Positions 51,367 through 63,204 of a stretch of DNA of 64,000 nt are shown piece after piece. The stretch's first letter is position 1. Each line of letters opens with the position of its first letter. The DNA comes from Heteronotia binoei (Eukaryota), in assembly GCF_032191835.1 (NCBI RefSeq), contig NW_026799997.1:620001-684000 (forward strand). The letters are read 5' to 3'. Under the pieces are notes generated by a model, which was given only the letters and a program-made list of their open reading frames with translations, was not told the DNA's origin and did no database searches. A program made the translations under genes and the position numbers.

Positions 51367-52742
51367 TATAACCAATTGTCTCCTGTTTATCCTTCCAATT
51401 CCCACCAAGCACAATCCTGGGGCCTAGAGCTCTCTTCTCTCCTCTCCCCAAACACTGTCCTTTCTGGCGACACCTCCAAATCTCTAGGAATTTCCCAAAC
51501 CATAGATGACAACAAGAGTCCAGAGGGTCAGAGGCTTCCTGGAAATTGTAAGCCTGCAGGAAAAAATGTGCAACAAGGACTTTGTATCAGGAGGCCTACT
51601 CCACTCCTCAGCCTCAAGCCTTGCATCATGACAGCTCCTTTGCTCTCTGTAGTGTCTGGCTATGGACTCCTTTTACACTAAAGAATCTTACAGAATGCCA
51701 ATTGATTATGAAGGTGCAAGAAATGTATATTTCTGTAATAAATGTATAAAATCATATTAGCACATAGTTTCAGAGTGAGTGATGGAAAAATTATTATTTC
51801 TGTAACGGCATCACCAGTGTTCAAGGCCCCAAATAGCATCTGCCAGGTGCAAATATAAAATGATTCCCCTTTTCTGAAAACCCACAGTCCCAGATTTCAA
51901 GCCACATAATAAATTTGATAATGCTATGTAAAATAAATGTATGGAAATGCTTTCCAAGTTTTCATGTTGAAGGTGTGAAATTAGTTTTGTACCAGAGCAA
52001 TGTTTTTGATTGTTGGGGACTTAGAATATCAAGCAGTTTAACCATTGACATAATAATTGCTTCTATTCTATTACAGGGATGATAAAGAAATTCATATAAT
52101 GAGAAAAAAAAGATATGTTCAAGAATCTTCCATGTGAAATTAAACAGTGATTTTTAACATAGTGCTGGGTATTCAGAGCATTTGTAGGAAATCCTTGTTG
52201 AAGGCACTGAGTACGTTAGTCATCCCACCCATTCCTACTAATTTTTCCTCTGAGACCCCTTTACATTGCAGTTATCACAAATTCTCTATAATAACAAGAT
52301 CATTTTGTTTACAAAAGCATAATCTTGCCAAACATTTGCATCACTAATGTAATTAAGCACTTGTGGATATGATAATGAGTGCCACCTAATCTTAGGTTTG
52401 CAAATTTTCATTTCAAGGCGAGGGATGGAAATTATAATTTTGTTCCCCTATTTTAGTAAATGCTTCAGGGTTTAATAATGAAAAATGACTTGGCTGCCAC
52501 TGCTGCTTTTGCAGTAGCTGAGAAATCTAGGCTGAAGGGAACTATTCCATTACAAACAGACAAATAAATAAATAATTGGCTGTCGGTTTACACCTCAAAA
52601 AATGGGAAAATGAGGGATGTAGGGAGAGTTTAAGAAAAAGTACTGTGAACGCATGAAGTTGCCTCGTACTGAATCAGACCCCTAAGTCTGTCAAAATCAG
52701 TACTGTTTACTCAGACTGGCAGTGGCTTTCAGAATCTCAGGT

Positions 52743-53017
52743 GGAGAGCCAGTTTGGTGTAGTGGTTAAGTGTGCAGACTCTTATCTGGGAGAGCCGGGT
52801 TTGTTTCCTCACTCCTTCACATTAACATCCTTGGATCAGTCATAACTGTCTCAGAGCTGTTCTGTTCAAGAGCAGTTTTGGAGAGCTCTCTCAGCCCCAC
52901 CTACCTCACAGGGTGTTTGTTATGAGGAGGGGAAGGGAAAGGAGATTATAAACTGCTTTGAGACTCTGAGTGAAGGATGGAGCATAAATCCAATCTCCTT
53001 CTCCTCCTCTTCTTCCT
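52743..53017 (+). mobile_element. L2-tailed SINE nested in an antisense CR1-tailed SINE
   Basis: Head ggagagccagtttggtgtagtggtt. Flanks (52646-52742, 53018-53117) are two halves of the other SINE family. Confidence 0.8.
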
Positions 53018-53800
53018 CATTACCTTCTACCTGATCCTTTTAACTTGAGATGCCAGGGACTGGACCTAAGGCTTTCTGCATGCCAAACAGATGTTCTACC
53101 ACTAAGTTACAACCCCTTCCCAAGCATACTGCTTATCCTTGTTGTTTCTTCAGTTTGTATGAAACCACAGCATCAAAAATTGGAATGGAATCTTGATCAT
53201 AATCAGTATGCCTAATTTGGATGAACTAGATCCTACAAGGTAGCAAGCATTTCTGTGGACCTCAGTAAGGGGGTTTATTTAATAACCACCATCAAATCCT
53301 CATTTTCAGGGAAAGTACAAGCCATGGTATGATACCCCCATCCACTTCCCTCCCTCAGGAGCAAGATTTTTCACTCTGTTTTTCTTTCTGTTTTGTGACT
53401 CAGCCTCCCTAGTTATCTACTTTCTTCTTTGCTGAAGAATTCTGGCTGCCCCATCCTGTCACAATACAATATTTTGATGTTTGCTCAGCTCAAGAACCTA
53501 CCACCACTAAAATTAAGTTTCAAATTAGTTTCAAATTAGATTTTAACCCACCAAAGTTGGTTCCACCGCCCCCCCCCCCATTTCTGTCATTTACTGGTAA
53601 GCAAAATAAGCAAAAACAAAACAGAGAGACAAAGATCCAGAAAGAACTGTGAACAGTTTTCCTTAAATTTTTATTGTTATAACTTTCCTTAACTGTCTTA
53701 ATAACTTTCTTTAACTTTTATTGAGTAATTTGTGTTAAGTGTAGGTCAAGTATTGATCTAGGCTGATCTTGCGCAATTTTTAAAACTTCATTCTTGCTAA

Positions 53801-55625
53801 TTAGTGAGACGTCTGAGCCTGCATTTCATCCACCAGCTTTTTGAAGTTGGGTGAATATTGCGTGAGGGCCAGTCTCAGGGAATCCTGGAGATGTTCATCT
53901 GTCATGTTGGAACGCTGTGTACTCTTTGTCATTTTCAGATGGGAAAACGCAGATTCACACAAATAAGTTGAACCAAAGCAGGAGAGTACAGCTTCACTGC
54001 ATCTTCTCAAGTTGGGAAATTTGTCTCTAGGCACTAGCTTTCAAAATGATTCTTACTCAGCACGAGTCTTGAGAAAAATGTCAATTTTAAGGGTTACTAT
54101 TTCGTTTTCAAGGGATGCCTTGTTCAATGAGTAATTCTTACTGATAGCAGCTGCAGTTTCCTTGATGTCCATATCTGCTTTGAATGGGTATGACAAGTAC
54201 TCCACAACTTTTTCAATTCTTTGGAAGTCACAGAATCTTTTTTCGAATTCCTGGATAACAGAGCAGATTTCTGTCACATACTTCTCGTTCTGAAAAACGA
54301 AATTTGAATATTGTCCCAGATGGCCCTGCGTATTAGGAAAATGATCAAAAGTGTTGTTTGCAAGGTCAGTCATCATTAGCTCAAATTTGCTCTTGTAGGA
54401 TGAAACGGTACTCATCATCTCGCCAATGCATTTGTTTTTATCTTGTAGTTCAATGTTCATATCACTTAGTTTGCCTGTAAAGTCAGTGAGAAATGCCAGA
54501 TCACATAACCACTCCTCATCTTCCAACTCTGCTTTGTCATCTCCCCTCTCCTTCAAAAACCTTATTTCATTCAGAAAATCATGAAATCTTTACAGAAATT
54601 TGTGCTTACTTAGCCACCTTACATCTGTGTGCAAAATGATTTCCACTGCCCCTTCATGAAGAGTAAGATTGAAAAGCCATCTTTGAAGTAATCTTCCATG
54701 AACTGAATTTACAATTTTGAAAGTGATGTCCATGGCAGTCTTTGTATTGAGTCTCTTGCTTGCCAAAACTTGCTGGTGAATGATGCAGTGGTAAGAAAGG
54801 AAATCTGGAAAGTCGTCATGCTGTCTACAGAGGTCTGTGAAACTGTTAACCTTACCTGTCATTGCTCTTGCTCCATCAGTAGTGATGGAAACAAGTTTAT
54901 GTAATGGAAGATTACTCTTTGTCACAAAAGAATGGAAAGAGCTGAATATTTCCTGACCAGTAGTTCTCCCTTTTAAAGAAATAATTCCAAGTAGTTCTTC
55001 TTTAACACTGAAGTCTTCAAAAACCATCCGGATAAAGACTAGTAACTGGGCTATATCTCTTATGTCTGTAGATTCATCCAGGTGGAGTGAGAAAGCAACA
55101 CAAACTGAAACATCCTCCAACAATTGTTCAGTTGTGTCTCCACACATCTTTTCTATTTGCCGCACGACGGTGTTTCTTGACAATTGTACATCTTGAACAG
55201 CAGCTATGATCTTTCTTATTCTTAAATCCTTCAAAAAGATTGTCTGCTACTTCAAGAAAACAATCTTTTACAAATTCTCCTTCATTGAAAGGTTTACATT
55301 TCTTTGTGATCAGGTTGCTGAACTTGAAGGATGCCATGGTTGCATTGACCCAATATGACCTTGGCTTTGCCATCAACTGTTGCTGTGCAGCCAATTTAGA
55401 TTTAAGTCCTTTGAGCTTCAGTTTACGAATTTCACTTTTGGGTGGAAAATCAGCATCAAACTTATTGCTAAGCAGAGCCTTACAATGACGCTCCAGATCA
55501 CCTTTTTTGGGCAAGGATACAGTGGCATTATAAAGTAGACAACACTTGCCTTTCACCATGATGAAGTAGTCCATTTTCCATTCATCATGAAAATGGTAGG
55601 TTTTGCTCTTCTTTGGAACACTCAT
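53801..55625 (-). pseudogene. hAT transposase (Charlie-group, GTF2IRD2/EPM2AIP1-like), near full length with frameshifts and stops
   Basis: Four consecutive minus-strand ORF pieces carry the hAT hallmarks in order: LDESTD (D1), TTDGA (D2), HCIIH (CxxH), VRWLS, and FGSTYLCESAFS (E, dimerisation domain). Confidence 0.92.
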
Positions 55626-55879
55626 CTTCGTTATACTGGGGTGGCTGGGGTGCTAAGTTAACACTGGCTGAATCTGGTCCAAAGCTGTAACTGTCCCAAA
55701 GTATTAAAGATCAACAGGAACTGAAGACCTTTGGACGATGCCAAAACCACACACGCAGTTCTAAAAGTAAAAATAAGAATTCATCATACTGGCACCAATA
55801 ATCAAATACCACCATACCAAACAATCATCAAAAAAATCCAAACACCTGTCCAGCAAACCATGAGACCAAGTGGGGCTGG

Positions 55880-55943
55880 TGATCTACCTCTGACCCCTCC
55901 GTGATCTACTGGTACATCGCGATCTACCTGTTGGACATACCTG
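55880..55943 (-). mobile_element. 5' TIR and subterminal repeats of the hAT transposon
   Basis: Minus strand reads CAGGTATGTCCAACAGGTAGATC. GATCTAC occurs three times within 60 bp. Confidence 0.65.
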
Positions 55944-56643
55944 TCATAAAGGGTTAATATGAACCACTATAAACCCTGAAAGAACAGCAGAAATGGCAAG
56001 TGTCATTATTTGGTAACATTTATCCCAAGGATTGCCAACTCTACTTTGGGAAATTCATGGAAATTTTGGTGGTGGGGTCTGGGTAGGGTAAATTTGAAGA
56101 AGGGGGGAACCTCAGCAGGCTATAATGCCATAAAGTCCACCTTCCAATGCAGCCATTTCCTCTGAGGAACTGATCTCTGTTTGGAGATCAGTGGTGATTT
56201 TCTGTGGTCTCCAGGCAACCATAATTCTCCCCTTTCTCCCACATAGATGCTTTGATAGGAAAAGAGGCAAGGCCCAGAGAAGACAAACTACCATTACTAC
56301 ACAATAAGCTGCACAACAAGCTTCAGTAGCATAGTCTGTAGTTTCAATAGGGTTCTTTCTTGATCACATTAATGAGAACAGTAATAAGGAGGATCATTAA
56401 AAGTATCATTTCAAAGCTGTACATATTAATGAATATTTTTGCAAAAAGAACTTTTTTGTTCCTTTTCTCGTCTCCTTATAAGATATAATCTATGATGTTA
56501 CTGCTGTGTCCTAGATTCTTCAGAGGTGCTCCATTTTTTCCAAACCTCATGAAACTTCTATGGGTCTAAAATGCAATGGAGATTAAACATATTTTCAGTT
56601 TGAGATAAACCAAATTCTTGACTGCTGTCATATAGATTCTAAG

Positions 56644-57422
56644 TAGAGTTGCCAAGTCCAATTCAAGAAATATCTGGGGACTTTGGGGGTGGAGCCAGGA
56701 GACACTGGGGGCAGAGCCAGGAACAAGGGTGTGACAAGCATAATTGAACTCCAAGAGAGTTCTGGCCATCACATTTAAAGGGACAGCACACCTTTTTAAA
56801 TGTCTTCCTTCCATAGGAAATAATGAAGGATAGGGGCACCTTCTTTTGGACCCCCTGGTCCAATCGTTTTGAAACTTGGGGGGTACTTTGGGGAGAGGCA
56901 CTAGATACTATATTGAAAATTTGGTGCCTCTACCTCAAAAAACAGCTCCCCCAGAGCCCCCGAAACCTCCAGATCAATTCCCCATTATACCTTATGAGAA
57001 TCGATCACATAGGGAATAATGAAGATGTTTCCCTCTCTCCCCCCTCCCCCCCTTTCTGGCCAGTCTGAAGCAGCAGATCAGCCTCTCTACTCACCATTTG
57101 CTGCCAGCTTCTTCACAGACACACCATCCTAAATTGAAGTCAAGCCTCCGGAGGTGCAAAGGCACATGGTCCTTTGCAGGCGGGGCTCCCTCTCCCCCCC
57201 CCCACCAGCCAGCTGATTGGGGCGGGAAGCAGCCTGGGAAAACTGAAGAAAGGCTGCTGCAATCGGGGCTGGGTGGGAAGGGCAGGGCAAGGAGAAGCTG
57301 CTGAGATCAGGGCTGGGTGGGAAGGGCCGCCATTCCCCCCCGCTTTCCAGATTTTTGGCTAGCGGGGGGAGAAGGCTCCAAATCGGGGGTCCCCAGGCAA
57401 GGCGGGGGATTTGTGAAGCCTA
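56644..57422. mobile_element. Non-autonomous hAT-type element (TAGGGTTGCC family), ~780 bp
   Basis: Ends tagagttgcc../..gaagccta. TSD attctaag/gttctaag. Colinear with 4618-5402. Confidence 0.85.
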
Positions 57423-57728
57423 GTTCTAAGTTGTACATCAGTGGTAGAGTACAGATCTTGCCTGCAGAAGATCTGGCCTAATTGGGAAAGATCTCAGCCT
57501 GAGCCACTGCAGACCCACTACTAGTCATGGTAAACAACACTGGGTAGACTGGTGGAATAGCTCTGTTTCTTTTTTCTTTTTGGTATTTTTTTATATTTGT
57601 GTCTGTGCATGCATGCCTGGAAGTCATAGCGACTTCTGGCAACCCCCTACTGGGACATGGAGGATGTTCAGAGAAGTGACCTGCCTCTGCCTTCCTCTCC
57701 TGGTCTTACAAGGAGGTCTGCAATCCAA

Positions 57729-59482
57729 TTCTCTCTGCTGCTCGCCCAACAACATGTGATTTGGACCCTTGCCCCTCTTGGCTGATTAAATCCTGCCAGA
57801 GGGAGCTTAGATGTCCTCTACGGGACATCATAAATAGATCCCTCTTAGAGGGGCATTTTCCAGCGCCTCTGAAAGAGGCCTTGGTCCGGCCCCTCTTGAA
57901 AAAACCTACAGCAGACCCGGCCGAATTGGCAAACTACCGACCGGTGTCCAATTTACCATTTTTAGGTAAAATTATCGAGAGGGCAGTGGCGTTACAGCTA
58001 CAGAGATTTCTAGATGACGCTTCTGTCTTAGACCCGTGCCAGTCTGGCTTCCGACCGGGCCACGGGACGGAGACGGTCCTGGTCGCCTTGGTGGACGACC
58101 TCCAGCGGCAACTGGATCGAGGCGGTGCGGCAATACTGATGTTACTAGATCTGTCGGCTGCGTTTGATACAGTCGACCATCGGTTGCTGATCCACCGCCT
58201 CGCCGACATAGGGGTTGAGGGGCTAGCCTTACAATGGCTTTCCTCCTTCCTCATGGGTCGGGGACAGAGGGTGGCGATTGGGGGTGAGCGATCCCAGAGG
58301 CACACACTAGACTGTGGGGTGCCCCAGGGAGCAGTTCTCTCCCCGATGTTATTCAACATCTATATGCGCCCCCTCGCCCAGATTGCCCGGAGATTTGGGC
58401 TGGGTTGCCATCAATACGCAGATGACACCCAGCTCTATCTACTAATGGACGGCCGGCCCGCCTCCGCCCCGGGGAACCTGGATCGGGCTTTGCGGGCTGT
58501 TGCAACGTGGCTTAGACTGAGTGGGCTGAAGTTAAATCCAGCGAAGACAGAGGTTCTCCATGTGGGTCGTGGCACTCTGGGGAAGGAAATATCTCTCCCG
58601 GCCTTTGACGAGGCGCCGCTGAAGACGGCGCAGCGGGTAAAGAGCCTGGGCGTCTTACTGGAGCCTTCATTATCAATGGAGGCCCAGATAACAGCCACTG
58701 CCAAATCAGCCTTCTTCCACCTGAGGCGGGCGAGGCAGCTGGCCCCTTTCCTAGAGCGTCAGGACCTAGCAATGGTGATCCACGCGACGGTCACCTCAAG
58801 ATTGGACTACTGTAACGCTCTCTACATGGGGCTGCCTCTGTACCGGACCCGGGAGCTGCAGCTAGTGCAGAACGCGGCGGCCAGGCTGCTACTTGGTCTC
58901 CCAAGATGGGAGCATATACGGCCAGGGCTGCGCGGACTGCACTGGCTGCCAATCGTATACCGGATCCAGTACAAAGTGCTGGTCATAACCTTTAAAGCCC
59001 TATATGGCCAAGGACCGACCTACCTGAGGGACCGTCTCTCCCCATATGAGCCCCAGAGAGCACTGAGGTCAGTGGGGAAAAGCAGACTGAATATCCCTGG
59101 GCCAAAAGAAGTTAAACTTCAAAGCACCCGCACCCGGGCCTTTTCTGTTGCGGCCCCACAACTCTGGAACCAACTCCCAGAGGAGGTGCGGGCCCTGCGG
59201 AACCTAGACCAGTTCCGCAGGGCCTGCAAGACCGCCCTCTTCAAACAGGCGTTCACGAATAACTGAATTAATGTTTACCGCCAGATTAGTAACGTTTACC
59301 GCCAATGTTGACTTAGGAATGTTTTAATTAATTATTGATTATTGACTGATTTTAATGTGAATTTTAATGTGAATTTAATGTTTTTATTACTATTGTTTAC
59401 CTGAAATGCTGTTAGCCGCCCTGAGCCTGCTTCAGCGGGGAGGGCGGGATATAAATAAAATTTTACATTACATTACATTACA
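57729..59482 (+). mobile_element. L2 LINE, 5'-truncated, apparently young
   Basis: Uninterrupted RT ORF; 3' UTR ends gccgccctgagcc..gggagggcgggatataaataaa plus (TTACA)n. CpG retained. Confidence 0.92.
57761..59266 (+). CDS. L2 reverse transcriptase ORF (partial; no true start, frame open back to the 5' junction)
   Basis: 501 stop-free codons with NYRPVSNLPF, LDLSAAFDTVDH, GVPQGAVLSP, YADDTQLY and SRLDYCN motifs. Confidence 0.9.
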   Translation: MDPCPSWLIKSCQRELRCPLRDIINRSLLEGHFPAPLKEALVRPLLKKPTADPAELANYRPVSNLPFLGKIIERAVALQLQRFLDDASVLDPCQSGFRPGHGTETVLVALVDDLQRQLDRGGAAILMLLDLSAAFDTVDHRLLIHRLADIGVEGLALQWLSSFLMGRGQRVAIGGERSQRHTLDCGVPQGAVLSPMLFNIYMRPLAQIARRFGLGCHQYADDTQLYLLMDGRPASAPGNLDRALRAVATWLRLSGLKLNPAKTEVLHVGRGTLGKEISLPAFDEAPLKTAQRVKSLGVLLEPSLSMEAQITATAKSAFFHLRRARQLAPFLERQDLAMVIHATVTSRLDYCNALYMGLPLYRTRELQLVQNAAARLLLGLPRWEHIRPGLRGLHWLPIVYRIQYKVLVITFKALYGQGPTYLRDRLSPYEPQRALRSVGKSRLNIPGPKEVKLQSTRTRAFSVAAPQLWNQLPEEVRALRNLDQFRRACKTALFKQAFTNN

Positions 59483-59782
59483 AGTACTTGCCAGAGTCGG
59501 CCTTACTTAACATACTTGCCAGGACTGGCCCTGCTTAGCTTCCAAGATCTGATGAGAAAGGGCTTACCTGGGCTATTCAGGTCAGGGCGAATGGCTCAGT
59601 TTCAAGGTAGTTTTGCATGCCCAAATGTTGCCATCTTCCAAAGATTGAAGATGCATTGCAACGTATTCTTATCATCTCAACTGTTTCAGAGTTAGTTTAT
59701 GATGGGAGATGAAGCAAGGAATCTCAGATTGAACTTCATGGTTGAGTTAGAATTTCCCCAGTGTCCACTTTTATATTATAAT

Positions 59783-59896
59783 CAGGGCTTTTTCTGTAGA
59801 AAAAGCCCAGCAGGCTTTTTGTATATCATTTGTATATTAGGTCACATGCCTGATGCCAAGTCAACCAGAACTGCATTCCTGCTCAAAAAAGCCCTG
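59783..59896. mobile_element. hAT MITE with CAGGGCTTTTT TIRs
   Basis: Ends cagggcttttt../..aaaaaagccctg. TSD attataat/attataac. Confidence 0.8.
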
Positions 59897-61081
59897 ATTA
59901 TAACTATATAGTCCATTCCACTCTGGCTAAAACTTTTGGCTACTACTCTGAGGCATCACAGTAATTAACACTTTTTCTTACCCATTATAATCTAAGCTTC
60001 TGATCAAGAAGGCTCCTAAGCAGGAATGTTCATTCATCTTATGGTTTAGCTCACAGTTTGTCACTTGCACTTAGCAAAGTTGATCATTCTGCAAATTCTT
60101 GGTAAGTGTTCAAACACATTAACAATGATTGATTATATTTAAAAGCTGATAAGGCATGCATAAGCTCATACTGCTTTCCCACAGGCGTCTCCTAACCACA
60201 GCCACTCCTTCCCCACCCTCTCTGGGCTTGCAGTTTAACACACTCTTATTTTTTTTAAAAAAAAAATCTATATTTACACAGTGACTTACAGAGATGAGGT
60301 AAGTTGCATCCAGGTCCTTTAATTTGTTAATTACAAGGCCAAGGAAACTGTACTGATGTGGATGAATTTGGGCATGCACATTGTCACAAGTACTTCATGG
60401 GAACTGTTATTCCCCACCCCCCTGCATTTATCACATTCACTGTTGTCATTGTGTTCTTAGCCCAGCTTCTCCCAATGGCTTGGTGTTACTTTAACAGGGA
60501 ATTTAAGTGAACTGTATATTTGGGGAATATTCCACACATGAGAATTCTCACATTGCCTCATAAGATTTGTATTTATTCTTTTCAGATGAAGTCCTTGTAT
60601 TATCTTGGAAGTCATGAGACTCTCAATGCATCATGACAAAGAGCTGTTTGGACCAGTTGCCTACACATACCCATGTCCTTGGAGCATATGAAACACTTGG
60701 TGCAGGAAAGCCTGTAAAAGTAGATACTGCGCAGTTGCAAAACTGCTCAGCAAGGCATTCAATTCAAACAAAAATATCTAGGTACTTTATTAAAGGGCTT
60801 GAGTCATGAATAAACAAATTGTTTAATCATAGTAAATTCAAATGTTGCACATGCTTATTTTGAAGTTCTCCTCATTGGTATTTGTTCTTTTGAACTATTT
60901 TAGAAACTGTTATAAATCATAAGGATGCCAGTTGTTCCACAGGAGTACCATGATGTAATAATCATATAAAAATAAGAGCTTTACATTCTAAACTCATTTG
61001 GAGAACACAAGGCTGAGAATTATATACAAGTGGCTACTTTCACTATCTATTAAGTGTGCTTTGCACTATCAAGAAAAGAAT

Positions 61082-61368
61082 GGCTGATTTCGCACTGACC
61101 TTTTACTGGCGCGACCACCCTCCTCACGCCGGCGGATCTGCAGGGATTTCGCACCAGAAGCGCCGGCGCAGCCAAAAGAGCCGGCAACTTCCGTCGCGAA
61201 ACCAGCTCAAACGGAAACTGCCAAGAAGCAGGAAAACGTTTGAGCGGGTTTCGCGACGGAAGTAGCCGGCTCTTTTGGCTGCGCCGGCGCTTCTGGTGCG
61301 AAATCCCTGCAGATCCGCCGGCGTGAGGAGGGTGGTCGCGCCAGTAAAAGGTCAGTGCGAAAACGCCC
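61082..61368. mobile_element. Near-perfect 287-bp palindromic element, PIF/Harbinger-like MITE
   Basis: ~130-bp inverted arms with only a few mismatches. Termini ggctgatttcgcac/gtgcgaaaacgccc; 3-bp flank aat on both sides; CpG-rich. Confidence 0.75.
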
Positions 61369-62309
61369 AATGATTGCAATATACTTCACATTCACTTAGC
61401 ATACTTGACAAACACTAAGACACCCTTGAATAAATATCCTACCATGGACCTAATACTTAAGTATATTGTTAAATGTTCTGACTGCTTGCTGCTGAGGTCT
61501 CTACCGGGTTTATTAATTCTTTAGATGATAGATCACTGGAGAATTCTGGTACCTTCTTATTTGCAAATATCCAAGGAGGCCATAATGGAATCCAAATAGA
61601 TTCCTAGAGCAGGCACCAAAACCACTGGTTGAAAAGCAGATGCTCCGGTGTAACATCAAGAGCATCACACAAACCACTGCAAGTCCTGCAAATTGTTTCT
61701 GTCTTTAAATTCACTCTAACAAACCGCCTTCTTTTACACTCACCCACACAATGCAGAGTGCTGGTCTCCATTTCGGCCCTGCAAATAAATTGTCATCCAT
61801 GAAAAATCACCCTAACCTGTAGATCCCACTAAAGAAAACCCTAAAGTAATCACAGTCAGCAGCCAGCAGTCATAATAATATTTTAGACATGTTAGGATGA
61901 TAAAAGACTGAGTTCATCTGAGCTACTGGCCAATGTTCATCTTCTGTGGTGGTTCCAGAGGCCGCCTTTGAGGAAATAGGCCACCCGTCTGGAACAAGAG
62001 CAGTCACAGCCTAGTAGAGTCTTATACAAAGAGAAAAGCCAAATAGGTTTTGGCTATTCAGCTAAGGAGCTGCCTATCCTCCTTCTGCATCTGCTCCTGT
62101 GTCTTAGTTCTAAGTTCTTCCCCCTCTAACTTTTCCTGGTTGATAGGGCTTCTAGTTTGCCACAGTTTGTCAAGCATGCTGATGCAAATAAAGAACAAAA
62201 GGAATGCCTAAAGCTATCATTACAGCAAACTGCTCATATTTAACAAAATTTGGAATTTATGTAAGAAACCATGCAAACTGCTGTGGATGGCATTCAGTGT
62301 GCACTCTAT

Positions 62310-62917
62310 GGCTGTTTTCGCACTAGCGTTTACTCCGGCGTAGCACCCCATTTACCTCCGGATCTTTTCCTGGTTTTCGCACCTGTTGCTCCGGCGCTGC
62401 GTCTTGCTCCGGTGCTGCAGGGGTTTCACGCCGGAGTATCTAGATCCACCTCCTTCCGGAGTTTTTGAAAACCTCCGGATCCACACCGGATCCACTGGGA
62501 AAGGAAGAAGCTGCCACATACACACACACACACACGCAACTCTGGAATTTGTGTTGGGGGGGGAATCTAGTGCTGGGATTCTCCACTGTGAATGCTTCTG
62601 TTAATACATAAAGGGCTGTGGAGGATACTACAGGATACTACAGCTGCAGCCACTCCATAAGCAGAAGCGGCACACGTGATGCGGTTTACGTTGTCACGTT
62701 GTTACATTGTTACGTTGTTACGCAATTAGACTTGCGCTTAAAAAAAAATGATTGACAGGGCATCGAACTCAAGTCGATGCTAGTGCAAAAACGATTTGAG
62801 CCGGGGCTTCATGGAAAGCGACTCCACTAAAGAGGCAATGTGCGAAAACGAGGAAAATGATCCGGACATAATTGCGCCGAGGAATAAGGGGAGCAAACGC
62901 TAAGTGCGAAAACGACC
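62310..62917. mobile_element. PIF/Harbinger-like non-autonomous element related to 61082-61368
   Basis: TIRs ggctgttttcgcact../..agtgcgaaaacgacc. Internal copies of ttttcgcac/gtgcgaaaac; CpG-rich. Confidence 0.7.
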
Positions 62918-63204
62918 AAAGACTTTTCAGACCCCCTCTCCCTTTCTGGTATCAGTCTCACCTCTGATACTGGTAGATTCTCCTGTTTTCCATGAAGTAC
63001 AGTGAGCTGCTATTTTAAGAAAGAAGTGACCAGCATTGCTCCATTTATGTATACACAGGCTCTCTGGGTCCTGGGCATTTTCTCTAATATCTGTATTGCA
63101 GCTAGGGATAAGGGGGGAGGGGTTGGGAGGTCAGTATTTTTGGGGTTTGGGTATATTTTCCAATATTCCTAAATCCCAATACTGGGATGATATTTGAATT
63201 TGGG

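Larger units (their letters stand above)
57597..59588 (-). mobile_element. 5S rRNA-derived SINE split by the L2 insertion (57597-57728 and 59481-59588)
   Basis: Minus strand: gatcttggaagctaagcagggcc..agtacttg [L2] gattgcagacc..gggggttgccagaagtcgctatgactt. Confidence 0.8.

Noticed and set aside
53300-53800. 3' TIR and matching tcataaag TSD of the hAT transposon
   Set aside because: No convincing match to CAGGTATGTCCAAC or to the TSD found; the end appears lost or degraded.
57934-58772. Minus-strand ORFs of 86-141 aa
   Set aside because: Antisense shadows of the GC-rich L2 RT frame.
59481-59588. 5S rRNA gene
   Set aside because: Partial, diverged, internally duplicated and fused to a SINE tail.
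60586-60781. Segment with good acceptor (ttattcttttcag) and TAG/gtactt donor
   Set aside because: Stops in all three frames near its start; could only be a non-coding or UTR exon, with no supporting evidence.
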